Shown in pieces: positions 12,450 through 25,088 of a stretch of 64,000 bases of DNA. Origin of the DNA: Elsinoe ampelina (taxonomy: Eukaryota); the NCBI GenBank assembly GCA_010093995.1, contig ML992503.1, forward strand, positions 1,293,234 through 1,357,233, given 5' to 3'. The translations under genes and the position numbers were made by a program. Each line of letters opens with the position of its first letter. Positions within the stretch are counted from its first letter, which is position 1. The notes beneath the pieces were generated by a model that did no database searches, had not been told where the DNA came from, and worked only from the letters and a program-made list of their open reading frames with translations.

Positions 12450-15428
12450 TGTGCCAGCACTGATCGGACTAGATGGTTGGTAGCTTGGTCTCGTTGGAAT
12501 AGACAGTAAGTCGTGTTTGGGTCGCTATAGCTGTACAGGTGTTTCAATGCTCGTTAATCGTACAGTGCGGCAGGAAGAGAATCGATTCAAAGGAGTGGAC
12601 GGGCGCCTGAAAGAGTGAAGGCGTCACCGGATGGGAAAAGATCGACTAAGGAGCGTGGTGAAGGCAATGAGCGACAAAAGGAGTGATGTCGTAGAATGTG
12701 TCGGGAACCAGAGAGACAGAGTGATAAAAGTGCCGGGCGTGCGCAATGGAAACGGGCACGTCAGAGGATAGTCAGAGAGATGAAGTGGTCGAGGAGTGAG
12801 ACTCGAAACAGAGAATGAGATGAGAAGGGCGTCGAGGCGCGGTGAAGGTGGAAAGGTGGGCGGACGGGAGAGTTTGGCCTAGTGCGGGTTCGTGGGCGCT
12901 GCGAAAAAAAAGGCCGGCGTCTGTGGGAAGATACACCAGGCACAAAGGAACAAGCACACGCTGCCGCTAGAGCACACCCCCTTGGCCCTGGTCTTCTCTG
13001 TTCTCTCACCCCCTCTCCCCGGTTCGCACGTCTGTGCGTTTCTGCATCCCGAGCCTGTGCCCTCGATGCAAACACGCGCTTCTACTGGCCCGAGAACTGC
13101 TCGTGCAACACCTGACAAACTCCACGCGTGGCGCCTTGCCCCCAAACAGTCTAGGACATGCAGCTGCATGCTGGACCATCTCACCGCATGTGGAGGACAA
13201 GAGGGCTAGCACCAGGAATCTCTGTCACGGGACGCGTTCTGTCTGCCCTCCCTTTCCGTCACCACTCGACGGCACTGATCGGCTGTTTCGTTTGTTTCTG
13301 GAAGGCACACACACGTACACTCGACCATGGCAGCAGACACAAAAAACTTGGTGCCCTCACACGCGGCGAGGGAAACTCCGGATGATCAGATCGGAGGCCT
13401 CGCCTTTGACGATAAGCATACACACAAGCCCTCATCCACCTTCTCAATCCAGCTTCTTCATGCACACTCGTTGAGCGGATGCACAGTCACGCACTTTGTC
13501 CCTGTCCGAGCTCAACGGCATTTCCTCATCGCACATCCAGACCTCTATCCATCTGCATGCTGGACGCTGGGGAAAAAGACCAGGACGTAGAGCTTTTAGA
13601 GTTCAAGCCCCTGTCGCCGACTGCATCAGCCTCACTCGACCCGTTCAGGTCCCGCACACGCCGCCCACAATCCGTTCAGGTACACCCGCCCTTGCAGATG
13701 CTCGTGCGTTTCGGATCATCCACTAATCTCACCACCAATCAGAAACTGTCTTGGCCGCGTTGTTTTCCTGCACCTCCAAAACGCTCGACTTTTTATCAAC
13801 AATCGATTCCCTCCCTATCCAACGACTTTTCGGGGGGATAGGAGTGATAGTCGAGCAACGTTACACCGACCGCTGGAGGATGCTCAACAGGACGAGTGGA
13901 CACGATCGGTATGTTCAGGTTGGTATACGGACCGGTGTCAATCGCCGCTTCAGGTTGGTCGGGGAGGACTCTCGGCTGTGACGGAGCAGCACATGGACAA
14001 GTCGCCTTGCCGTTTGAGTTGTGACACAACCCTCTTTTTCACTCGTCCGTCACAGGTGATCTTCTTGTGGCATGGCAGATATCGGTGTCACGACTCGTGG
14101 GAACAATGACGAGACCTGTCCATGTTCTTTTGCCCCGCCATCAGCAACACGGCGATCTGGACCTGAAAATAGTCCGTCCGAGACTGCACCGTTATGACTG
14201 GCCAAGAATCCCACTCCTCCAACAGCGCGCGAAGCTTCAGCTGTGTGCAGAAACCGTTTGAAGATCTGTGCCTGGTTGAATGTGATCCTCCTGATGGCTG
14301 AATCTGGATGCGAAACCAGCTCAGCCTCTGATGATGGAATGGACTTTTGTACAAGGATGGTCGTCCGGCCTTGGTCAAGAATATGGACGGACTACGCCTC
14401 CGCCACCTGTTTGGGCTGACGAATCCAGCTTGTCTGAGGTCAAGCTTCCGACGTGAACTGCTTCATAATACGTGATAAGGCTATTGCCAGATTAATCGTA
14501 GATCCCGAAGGATGTCCAGCATATATCCGCGTCAGGATTTTGCTACAGCCAAGCAACGCTATGGTGCATCTGCCACTTCATGGTGGAATACCTCGACTAC
14601 ACTGCATTATCTGCCTTAATGTAAAGCATGCTATCAAAGACCCATTTTCCGTGCGTTTGTTCCTGTGTGCAACTCTCCATAACCCCTGTGCGGCACGGCT
14701 AAATTCTGTGCCAAGGCCGATGTTCGGCGAGCAAAATTTGAGCAAGGAAGCTGCCTACCTTACGCCGCTTCCAACACCGACATGCCACGCAAAACTATAT
14801 CACAACCTTTACCATCCATTCAAAAGCAAAAGAATGACCACCTTTTTCAGGTGGAGCCGTGAATGACTGGCTGCGCCCGGAATGAACACTACCCCTACAC
14901 CACGCCTGTTGGGTGTTAGACCAGGCATTGTATGGAGAATTGGAGAACACGTACAACCGAGGTGAGATCTAACGGTGATCTGTTGAGGAGGAGAATTATA
15001 TGGAATATATCGCTTCTTCATCTTGATGTGGCTCTGCTGTGGTCAAGGCCGCTGTTGGAGATGTAGAAGCGGAGTGCCATGTGAGGATGACCCAGAATGA
15101 CTTACCTGAACAATACAGATGACTTCACCAGTCGCAAGAATGTATTGTGGTTGCTATCCTCGTCGCTGAGCTGTGGCCATCTCGATTACATCTTCACATC
15201 AAACCCGCTGAGCGTCGGAGCTAGCGCTGTGCATGTGTGGTTTGCCGTAGTAACAATGCATGCCACGTAGAAAATCACAAGCATGAGAGGATACGAGAAT
15301 AGGAGAGAATTCATCTTCACATTGCTGAGTACGTGGTCAAAGGTCAAAGGGAATCTCCTTGATCAACAGACGGCGTGACTAAGCGTGGCTGCCCTGAAAC
15401 GGCTTAGTGTCAATTAAGCACGTCACGG

Positions 15429-15449
15429 TCGCGTCTCCCAAACGCGCGC
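15429..15449. promoter_or_regulatory. MCB-like (ACGCG core) pair upstream of POL3
   Basis: TCGCGT at 15429-15434 and AACGCGCG at 15441-15448, 70-90 bp before the POL3 ATG; MBF control of replication genes is established in yeasts. Confidence 0.45.
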
Positions 15450-15519
15450 TGCTGTCTTGAGCTTCGTCCATCCCACTATTTGCACTTTCGCTTGCTACAT
15501 ACCTGACACGACAGCAACA

Positions 15520-18500
15520 ATGCCTGGAGTAGTACAAGCAGCACCCAAGGTTCCTGCAAAGCGCGTCCTACAAGATGCCCCCAAATCGAGATACAATGCA
15601 CAGACAAGCCCGGCGAAGAAACGAAAGCTCGAGACAAATGGATTCAAGCATCCAAATGGTACTGGGCCCGGCTCGAGTCAGCCTAAGAGCCAATTCGAAG
15701 AGGAGGTCCTGGAGAAGCTCACGCAGGACATCAGTGGGCTGAAGCGGAACAACGCTGAGCGAGATCAACAATGGGCTCGTCCGCCGCTTGACGACTTTGA
15801 TCCTCAGACCGAAAGCCTCTGCTTCCAGCAGATCGATGCCGAGGAAGGCACCCTTCATGGAGGCAAGACCACGGTCAAACTCTTCGGTGTCACACAGGTT
15901 TGTCTGGGTCCCACTATGGCAGGCCGCGCTGACTCCCACAGACGGGGCACTCGGTACTTCTCCACTGTACAGATTTCCTCCACTATCTTTACACCCCAGC
16001 TCCAGTATCATTCGAGAAGAAAGACTGCGATGGCTTCAAGACGTATCTGGAGACGCAAATGGCTATGCATCAGCCAGTCATCTACTCGGTACAGATGGTT
16101 CTCCGAGAGAGCGTCTTCGGCTTTCAGGGAAACACAAAAAGCCCGTACTTGAAGATCACAGTCACCGATCCGAAACACATCAACAAGCTGCGTACCACCA
16201 TCGAGAGCGGCAACGCGAACTACAAAGGCATGTTCAAAAGTGCGGATGGAGGTGTTGTCACATTCGACAACATTCAGTACGTACTGAGATTCATGATCGA
16301 CACATCCATCTCCGGCATGTCTTGGGTGGAGGTACCAACGCAGAAGTTCCACATGGTTCCACAGCGAGATCGACACTCGAATTGCCAAATTGAGGCATAC
16401 GTTCACTACCGGGACCTGATAGCTCATCCATCGGACGGCGAGTGGCTGAAGATGGCTCCGCTACGCATCCTTTCCTTCGATATCGAGTGCGCTGGTCGCA
16501 AGGGTATCTTCCCAGAACCAAATGTGGATCCTGTCATACAAATCGCCAATGTCGTCACACGCTATGGAGAAGAGAAGCCTTTCGTCCGGAATGTGTTCTG
16601 CATGGACACCTGCAGCCTGATCGTCAACACCCAAATCTTCGAGCATGATAGAGAAGAGAAGATGTTGCTTGCTTGGAGAGATTTTGTGGAAGAAGTTGAT
16701 CCTGACGTTATCATCGGCTACAACATTTCAAACTTCGACTTTCCCTATCTTCTGGACCGTGCGAAACATCTCAAGGTTGGCAAATTTCCCTTCTTATCAC
16801 GTCTGAAGAATGTGCAATCGCACGCAAAGGAGACGAACTTCTCCAGCAAGCAGATGGGCAATCGTGATACAAAGAGCACCAATACCAATGGTCGTCTGCA
16901 GCTAGATCTGCTTCAACTCATTCAAAGAGACTACCAGTTGAGATCATATACGCTCAACTCCGTCTGCGCACATTTCTTGAACGAGCAGAAGGAAGATGTG
17001 CACCACACGATGATTACCGAGCTGTACAACGGAACTCCAGAATCGAGACGTCGTCTAGCAGTATACTGCTTGAAGGATGCCTACTTGCCGCAACGACTGA
17101 TGGACAAGCTGATGTGTCTGGTCAACTACACTGAGATGGCACGAGTCACGGGAGTTCCGTTCAACTACCTACTCTCTCGAGGACAGCAGGTGAAATTCAT
17201 CAGTCAGTTATTCCGCAAAGCTCTGGAGCAGCAACTCGTCATTCCCAATCTCCGCAACGAATCATCCGAAGACCAATACGAAGGTGCCACCGTCATCGAG
17301 CCGACTCGAGGCTACTACAGCGTGCCTGTTGCAACCCTCGATTTTGCATCCCTATACCCCTCAATCATGCAGGCTCACAACTTGTGCTACACAACGCTGC
17401 TCAACAAGAATGCTATCGAAAAGCTTGGTCTTAAGAAAGACGACGATTACATTGTAACGCCGAACGGGGACATGTTCTGCACCGCCAAAGTCCGAAAGGG
17501 TCTCCTGAGTCAGATTCTCGAGGAATTGTTGAGCTCGCGAAAGGCGGCAAAGAAGGCCATGGGCACTGAAACAGATCCATTCAAGAAGGCTGTCCTCAAT
17601 GGTCGTCAACTTGCCTTGAAGATCAGTGCAAATTCTGTATACGGTCTAACAGGAGCGACGAACGGAAAGCTGCCGTGTTTAGCGATTGCCTCCAGTACTA
17701 CGTCTTATGGTCGTCAAATGATTGAGCGCACAAAAGAGGAGGTGGAAAAGAAGTACACGATCGCCAATGGATACTCTCACGACGCGCAGGTCATCTATGG
17801 AGATACGGATTCGGTCATGATCAAATTCGGACCTAACGATCTCAAAGGCGTCATGGCGCTTGGTGAAGAGGCAGCTGGATTTGTCTCCTCCAAGTTCGTC
17901 AAGCCCATCAAGCTTGAATTCGAGAAAGTCTACTACCCCTATCTTCTGATCAACAAGAAGCGCTATGCCGGTTTGTACTGGACCAACCCCGACAAGTTCG
18001 ACAAGATGGACAGCAAGGGTATCGAGACAGTCCGACGTGACAATTGCCGACTTGTCCAGACTGTCATCGAGACCAGTCTGCGAATGCTCCTGATTGACCA
18101 GGATGTTGAGGGAGCACAAGAGTAAGTGCTCCAAACGAGTGTACATGCTCGGTGCTAAAGATATCCCAGCTATGTCAAAGACACCATCTCATCACTACTG
18201 CAAAATAGGGTCGACATGTCCAACCTGGTCATCACCAAAGCATTGACGAAGAACGACTATGCAGCGAAGCAAGCTCACGTCGAGCTGGCTGAGAAGATGA
18301 AGAAGCGTGATGCGGGTTCCGCACCGGCACTCGGAGACCGCGTGGCATATGTCATCGTCAAGGGTGCAGGAGGCAGTAAGAACTACGAAAAGGCTGAAGA
18401 CCCCATATTCGTCCTCGAGAACAACATCCCTATCGATACCAAGTATTATCTCGACAATCAGCTCGCTAAGCCTCTTGGACGCATTTTCGAGCCAATCCTA

Positions 18501-18908
18501 GGAGAGAAAAAAGCTGCTCAACTGCTCACGGGAGAGCACACTCGTGCCATCTCGGTTGCTGCACCCACCATGGGTGGTCTGATGAAATTTGCCAAAAAGA
18601 CGGAGACCTGCATGGGATGCAAGAAGCCACTGACACTGGCCTCCGAGAAAGGCGGTGCTGTGTGCGAGAATGACCGCGAGCGCCTGGGCGAGCTGTACAC
18701 AAAGACACTCGGCAAGGTCGCAGAACTGGAGGTCAGGTTTGCCAGGCTGTGGACGCAGTGCCAGAGGTGTCAGGGGAGTATGCACAACGAGGTCATCTGC
18801 TCGAGCAGAGATTGTCCGATCTTCTACATGAGGATGAAGGCCAAGAAGGATGTGGAGGATGCGGGTAAAGAGCTGGGAAGGTTTGACAGGGATCAGGCGC
18901 TGTGGTAG
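15520..18908 (+). CDS. POL3: DNA polymerase delta catalytic subunit; introns 15898-15941 and 18122-18169
   Basis: Exonuclease SFDIEC and [11 protein letters not shown]; polymerase [28 protein letters not shown]-terminal CysB-type CQRC..CSSRDC. Confidence 0.97.
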
Positions 18909-19321
18909 TTCATCCGTATACGACCGCAACAAGAGGTAGGACGAAGGCCTTCAAGCACATGTCATCATGGGGAGAGCATTGCAATGCATATACGGTCTGA
19001 GGCAAGCAGGACATGCAGGAGTAGGTGCATGAGGTCACCACGAGGTTGACCATTGTATAAATAATGTGCATGATTTCAGATATTTACTACGGTCCATGAA
19101 GACTCATTCTCATGGAAGACACCACGGGCATGACCTCCGCAGAGCGATTGAGTGTCGGGTGCAACAGACCTGTCTCTACTTCTTCGACGGGTTTACAAGA
19201 AATCTTCCTCCACACTGAATTATACAGAATCCTCATGCCAACCGCGGTTGGTCTCCTTACCACGATCATAGTAATGCCCGAGTAGTCCGCGAGACCGAGC
19301 ACTTCCAGCCTCACCAGCAAC

Positions 19322-20200
19322 CTAGATGGCCTTACGTAAGTACAAAGGCACAGTCTCCCCGACATCACCCCCAATGAACCAGTCCCCGTCGTGACCAAAC
19401 AGCTCGTCCTGCTCGAGGTTGAAATGCAGCACACACGCACCCTTGCTTCTCGCTCTCTCCACGTACTCCGCAGCAGGGAAGACAGTCAGGGACGTCCCTA
19501 TCACCATCAACACATCCACTCGCGGGGCATGATCGAACCATTCGTCTATGAGACGCAGCTGGGACGGCGGGAGGGGTTCGCCGAAGAGTGTGATCCCTGG
19601 CCGGAGCAGGGAGGCGCAGATGGGGCAGTGAGGGAGGTCGCTGGGCGATAGCGGAGGAAGCGGTGTGCTTTCATCGGAGACATGGGCTGATGGGAGGAGC
19701 AATGCAGGTGTTGTTGGCGTGAAGGCATCATTGCTGGCTTCGCAGTTGCAGGTTTCGTTGGAGCAGCGCGTTGCCATGATGGAGCCGTGGATGGAGGCGA
19801 GCTGTTCTTTTGGGTGGTGTGCTTGTAGGAGAAGATCTGATGGCATCAGAGAGATCTGGTAAAGTGAAATGGTGGTTTCACCGTCTATGTTCTGGGAAAT
19901 GGTGAGCATGTGTGGTTTCTTCGTTGCAAGGTGGGCTAGTGCTTCGTGGGCTGCGTTTGGTTTGGCGAAGAGGATGGTGCGCCGTCTGTCTTCGTAGAAT
20001 TGCCAGACGAGGCCTGGGTCTTTTGTGAAGTGTGCATTGGTGGCTAGTGATTTGGATACGATGCCTCTCCAAGTGCTACCTGCATTTTGGAATGTGGGAA
20101 CGCCCGAGGGAGCAGAGAGTCCTGCTCCCACGAGGACTAAGATGTAGGTGGAGTTTGCCACGAGCTCTTCAAGGTGGAGTTGAGCTGGTGTACCTGCCAT
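19322..20200 (-). CDS. Sir2-family NAD-dependent deacylase, class III (SIRT5/CobB-like); probable in-frame intron 19837-19881
   Basis: GAGLSAPSGVPTF, WQFYEDRR, PNAAH, SQNID, IHGS, zinc-binding Cys pairs, LRPGITLFGE, IGTSLTVFPAA. Confidence 0.88.
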   Translation of the reverse strand: MAGTPAQLHLEELVANSTYILVLVGAGLSAPSGVPTFQNAGSTWRGIVSKSLATNAHFTKDPGLVWQFYEDRRRTILFAKPNAAHEALAHLATKKPHMLTISQNIDGETTISLYQISLMPSDLLLQAHHPKEQLASIHGSIMATRCSNETCNCEASNDAFTPTTPALLLPSAHVSDESTPLPPLSPSDLPHCPICASLLRPGITLFGEPLPPSQLRLIDEWFDHAPRVDVLMVIGTSLTVFPAAEYVERARSKGACVLHFNLEQDELFGHDGDWFIGGDVGETVPLYLRKAI

Positions 20201-20474
20201 TCCTACTGCCGAATGTCATGAGCAACGTCAAAGGATGATCTAACCCAACATGATCATCAGCTGTAGAGCTCCATTGAAGATGGCGATGGAACATTACCGA
20301 CCACTTGTACAGCACACGGCCCGGGAGGATATCCGCCCCGCACCTCCACGTCGCCCCCGCTTCCGGTGGTCCCCTGATCAGCATTATATCATGTACCCGG
20401 GCTTCCGTCTCAAGCAAAAACAGATGTCTTGTCATCGGCCGGCCAGGAACGCTCTCCTGACCAGCATCTGAACC

Positions 20475-22568
20475 ATGCATCTCCAATTCCACCACTCATC
20501 TTACCGCCCCGGCACGCCACCACCAATCAACCAACCCACCCCGCTTTCCAACCCCGCCACCCCAGACTCATCCCCAAACAACCTCCCGCCCCTCCTCCCC
20601 CTCCCCTCACAAGTCGACGTCCTCATCATCGGCGCCGGCCCCGCCGGCCTCTGCCTCGCCGCCCAACTCGCCCAATTCCCCGACATCCGCATCGCCCTCG
20701 CCGAGCAAAAACGAGACCGGCTCAAAGTCGGGCAAGCGGACGGCATCCAATGCCGGAGCATCGAGATCTTCGAGGCGTTTGGCTTCTCGGAGCGAGTGTT
20801 GCGGGAAGCGTACTGGGTGAATGAGACTGTGTTCTGGAAGCCGGTACGGACGGGTGGCGAGAGTGGGATCACGAGAGGGGGCAGGACGAGGGATGTGCCG
20901 GAGGGGGTGAGTGAGTTCCCGCATGTGATACTCAATCAGGCGAGGATTCATGATTTTTGGTTGGATACGATGGCGAGGGGGCCGAGGGGGGAAGTGCCGT
21001 ATTATGGGAGGGGGTTGGTGGGATTGAAGAGGGAGGGGGAGGGTGTGGAGGCGACTTTTGAGGTGAGGGAGGACGAGGGGAATGGAGCTGGTGAGGTGAG
21101 GAGGGAGATGGTAAGGGCGAAGTATGTGGTGGGATGTGATGGGGCCAGGAGCGCGGTTCGGTCGTCGCTGGGACTGGCCTTGGAAGGCGACAGCGCGAAT
21201 CAGATGTGGGGAGTGATGGATATCATCTGCAAGACTACCTTTCCGGACATTCGGTACAAGTGTGTCATCCAGTCGGATCAAGGGAACATTGTGATCATCC
21301 CACGAGAAGGAGGCTATCTCGTCCGGCTCTACATCGAGCTCGGGAACATGGAACCTGGAACCAGGGTCAGAGACCTGGACATTACCAAGGAGGATCTCAT
21401 CAAGAAAGCCCAAGGAATCTTCTTACCATTCTCGTTGGACGTCAAAGACGTCTTCTGGTGGAGCGTCTACGAAATCGGCCAACGACTCTGTCCCCAATTC
21501 GACGACAGCAAGATCGACGGCAGTAAAGACCCACGAATATTCATCATGGGCGATGCATGTCACACCCACTCGCCCAAAGCAGGCCAAGGCATGAACGTCT
21601 CCATGCAAGATGGCTATAACATGGGCTGGAAGATGGCCTCTGTCCTGCGCGGCCTCGCCCACCCTGATCTCCTCCGCACCTACTCAACAGAACGCTATGC
21701 CATCGCCAAAGAACTAATCGACTTTGACCGCCAACTCATCAAAATGTACGGCCGCCGCGCCAAAGAATCCGACAGCTCAGATGGCGTCGACCCGAAGGAA
21801 TTCCAACGGTACTTCACCAAAGCACTCATGTACACCAGCGGAGTGGGCTACTCCTACCCTTCCTCCAGCATCACCGCCGAACCGCTCTCCGCTCCCTACC
21901 AGCATCTCGCCACCGGCTTTCCGGTCGGCGAACGCTTCCATTCACACCCTGTCGTGCGCCTCCACGACGCCAAACCCATCCAGCTCGCCCAAACAGTCCG
22001 CGCAGACGGACGATGGCGTATCTTCCTCTTCAACGATGGCAGCTTGCCTTTTGTCCGGCAAGACCAGGCTCAGATGAATGGTGACACTACGAGATCCCCC
22101 TTCCTAGAAACCTGCGATTATCTCCTCACCTCCCCGTCATCGCCCCTGAACAAGTACCGCTACCCCTGCCCCCTCTCCGACGGCCAGACAAACGGCCACT
22201 CACACCCTTCGGCGCCCATTGACTCCACCATTGAAGTGCTCGCCGTCCTCCAACAGCCGCATGACGAGCTGCATTCTCTCCTTCTCGAATCAGGTGCCTC
22301 ATTGCCGGAAGTGCTGACGCCCCCGAAAGGCGTGCATGGTCTGATGAACGTGCATAATGTGTTTTGCGATGAGAAGCCGTACTATAACATCTGGGGCGCG
22401 ACTATGGAGTGGAGGAGTATTTATGAGGCGAGAGGGGTGAGTAAGGATGAAGGTGTAGTTGTCGTGGTGAGGCCGGATGGGTATGTGAGCGCTGTGCTGC
22501 CGTTGGGGGTGAAGGGCGGGAGGTGTGAGGGGCTGGAGGAGTTTTTTGGAGGGTTCATGTTGGGGTGA
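20475..22568 (+). CDS. FAD-dependent phenol / 3-hydroxybenzoate hydroxylase (MobA/PHHY family), intronless
   Basis: DVLIIGAGPAG, GQADGIQCRSIE, YVVGCDGARS, GDACHTHSPKAGQGMNVSMQD and C-terminal thioredoxin-like VVVRPDGYV. Confidence 0.92.
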   Translation: MHLQFHHSSYRPGTPPPINQPTPLSNPATPDSSPNNLPPLLPLPSQVDVLIIGAGPAGLCLAAQLAQFPDIRIALAEQKRDRLKVGQADGIQCRSIEIFEAFGFSERVLREAYWVNETVFWKPVRTGGESGITRGGRTRDVPEGVSEFPHVILNQARIHDFWLDTMARGPRGEVPYYGRGLVGLKREGEGVEATFEVREDEGNGAGEVRREMVRAKYVVGCDGARSAVRSSLGLALEGDSANQMWGVMDIICKTTFPDIRYKCVIQSDQGNIVIIPREGGYLVRLYIELGNMEPGTRVRDLDITKEDLIKKAQGIFLPFSLDVKDVFWWSVYEIGQRLCPQFDDSKIDGSKDPRIFIMGDACHTHSPKAGQGMNVSMQDGYNMGWKMASVLRGLAHPDLLRTYSTERYAIAKELIDFDRQLIKMYGRRAKESDSSDGVDPKEFQRYFTKALMYTSGVGYSYPSSSITAEPLSAPYQHLATGFPVGERFHSHPVVRLHDAKPIQLAQTVRADGRWRIFLFNDGSLPFVRQDQAQMNGDTTRSPFLETCDYLLTSPSSPLNKYRYPCPLSDGQTNGHSHPSAPIDSTIEVLAVLQQPHDELHSLLLESGASLPEVLTPPKGVHGLMNVHNVFCDEKPYYNIWGATMEWRSIYEARGVSKDEGVVVVVRPDGYVSAVLPLGVKGGRCEGLEEFFGGFMLG

Positions 22569-22656
22569 AACGGAGCCTGTAAATGGAATGACGATGCTGA
22601 TGACGAATAAGATGCCGTGCTGAGTTGAAGGTTGTCAGAGCTTGCTGGTGATTTGG

Positions 22657-24339
22657 TCACCTCTCCATTGTGTTTCTTCTGCTCCTGTCGCCTTTGGCCC
22701 CACGGCCTAGAACCATGCCCAGTGCTCCTCGGAGCGCTTCCGCGTCGTATCTGATCTCCCCTTGTTCTCGTCTGCCGTAAGTCTTGATCGTTTCTATACC
22801 GACGTTGCTGAGGGCAGGTCGATCTACCTTGGGCACGCCGTCGCCTTCAAGGTAGATGACGTGCGTCACATAGCTCCTCAGCTCAGACGTATTGGCCTTC
22901 TCCCTACCTTGACTTTGGCAGCATGCGTCGGCTATTGCCTGCACAAAGTCAAGAGCAGTGAAAGGCGACCAAGATGGTCCTGTCTCACGATCTGTGGTGC
23001 CGTTGAGGATGAGGATCTTGGACCGTATTGAGGACGAAGCAAGAGCCGCACCTACACCTTTGAGGATGAGGGACGGTATGATTGAGGTGTAGAGTGAGCC
23101 GATCGAGTAGATGACTGCGGAGGACAAGTTGAGTGCAGAGAGCACGCGAGAATTGGCGTCAAGGCGAATCTGCATGCCATAAGGGGAGATGTATGCCAAG
23201 TGTGTGATACGTGAAGTCAGGTCATCTGCGTTGTGCAGTAATTCAGAAGATCCATTGGAGGCGGCTAATGGGGTTGGCTTGGTGAAGTTGATTTGAGAAG
23301 CTCGGAGTGTGGGCAAAGTACCCGGCAGATTGGCATCCTCTACTCTATCGGTATCCTCGGTCGAGGGATGTGGTGGAAATGTCGAGTCAGACAGGGACAC
23401 ACGATGCCCAGGCACAGTATCGTAGCCTGTCGAGGGGTGAGAGATGTTATTCTGGCCCGCGATCACCGTACCATCCGCTAAAGTCGCTGAGATGTGGTGG
23501 GAGAAATTGGTGTTGATAGCGGGCAGTACAGCTATGGACGAGGGTACAGCGCAAATGCTGCTGAGTAGGTATATCGCAGATTCAAGAGATCCAGTAAACA
23601 GTCGAGCTCTGTAATGGTCAGTGAATGGTCTCACAAAGCCCTTAGCATTCCAGCATGGCCATTGCGGCAAAGACTGGTCAAGCCCTATTCGCCTTACCCA
23701 GTGATGAAGAGATTCCCTATGCTTGCCTTCGAGAAGTCAAAACGGGAGCTTGGTCTCAGACGTTTCACAATCTCCAAGTTGACTGTGATCAAGAAACTTC
23801 GAATGAGCTCCTTCTTGGGCGACGAGATATGGTACCATATGCTATGTTGAACTTCGACTATATCCAACCATTCTTGTCGAGCCGCACCGCCGTCATCTGG
23901 AAGCCTATGGTTGAACAATGCCTTGATTGCATGCGCTTCTGAACCAGGGTCGTCGGAGTCGGGTATCAGTCGCACCAGTCTGCCTTGAGGACAATCAGAT
24001 ACATGTTGTCATGTGATCTTGACAGTGATGCTTACTACGGAGATCACCGATGCCTGTTGCGAGTCAGCCAAACGTCTATGAAGAGCACCCTCGCCACTTG
24101 CCAGGTCCACCAAGAACACGAATCAACTCGCTAGTACTTCCGCCATTGTCGCTGATGGGTATGATGTAGCTCAAAGTGCCGGCATGCTGCTCAGCGATAT
24201 CATTGAAAGTGTCGACGAGATTGTTGGCTGCACTGCCTCCTGAAAATACGGAAATGCCCCTTCGAGGAGTTATATTGATGCGCGGCTCGTCTCCGCTGGG
24301 CACAAGTAGTCGACCTGGCCATGCTGTCTCATTTGCCAT
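22657..24339 (-). CDS. CofD/UPF0052 (YvcK, yeast YNL011C-like) protein; introns 24054-24101 (GC-AG), 23984-24035, 23609-23697
   Basis: VFSGGSAAN, PISDNGGSTSEL..GGPG-IGDLRSRL, ASIGNLFITGARLF, GQNNISHP and YSIGSLYTSIIPSL restored by the splice model. Confidence 0.85.
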
Positions 24340-24778
24340 TTGGAGTGCGTTGGTAGCATTCCTCGTGTCACATGCTACAGCAAGGTACTGTATTAACGTG
24401 ATGTCGAAAGCACATCTGTCACATGAGGTTGATGTCGTGTTATAGCGGGGGGAAAGTGGATGAAGAATGCGGCGTTTCCTGAATAGGGTCGGCCGGCGGC
24501 TCCGCTCTGATATCAAACAGCAGCACTGCCTCGCGATATCACGGTTTGGAAGGCTTGCGCCGCTAGTATTGCAACCAGACATGTCAATGATGATTTGTGG
24601 ACATTAACGTTTGTTCATTCACTGTAGAAGAGCCCTTGATGCGAAAAGGAGCCTCATGCAAAACTGATGCAGCTCATTCCTCGACTCTCCTTCGACCGAA
24701 GCGATGCAGTAGTCCGCGAGCAGTTGCAAAGGGTCCGATGCCTTCCACCACACAATTGACCTTGCCTCTACAAGGCCT

Positions 24779-25088
24779 TCATGCCGCCGCCCCCTCGACA
24801 CCTGCCAGTTCCGCCCTTTTCCGTCGTCTCTCAATGAGCCTTTCTCTTTGTTGTTCCAGAATTCGGTTTTGCTTGTCGTCCACACCCTTTAGCCAGTATC
24901 CGAATGCTGCGCCGACACCTCCGTATGCTGGGTAAGCCCAAAGTGCTTCTCTGTTAAAGAATGGTCGCATTTGAATGCCGAGCTGCCATAACCGGACGGC
25001 AACACCTAGAAAGTCAGTCAAAGCTCCAATTACCAGTGCCTTGATATGACTGACCGAAGCCTCCCCAAAAGAGAATCTTGTGAACCAT
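24779..25088 (-). CDS. NADH-ubiquinone oxidoreductase 14 kDa subunit (NDUFC2/B14.5b-like); intron 25006-25054
   Basis: MVHKILFWGGFG-VAVRLWQLGIQMRPFF..WAYPAYGGVGAAFGYWL matches the fungal complex I accessory subunit. Confidence 0.85.

Noticed and set aside
12450..15420. Short ORFs in the 3-kb homeobox/POL3 intergenic region
   Set aside because: No motifs or convincing splice model; best read as regulatory or UTR sequence.
19322..24339. Secondary-metabolite or F420 biosynthesis cluster
   Set aside because: No backbone enzyme or other cof genes; the CofD-like gene belongs to a generally conserved fungal family.
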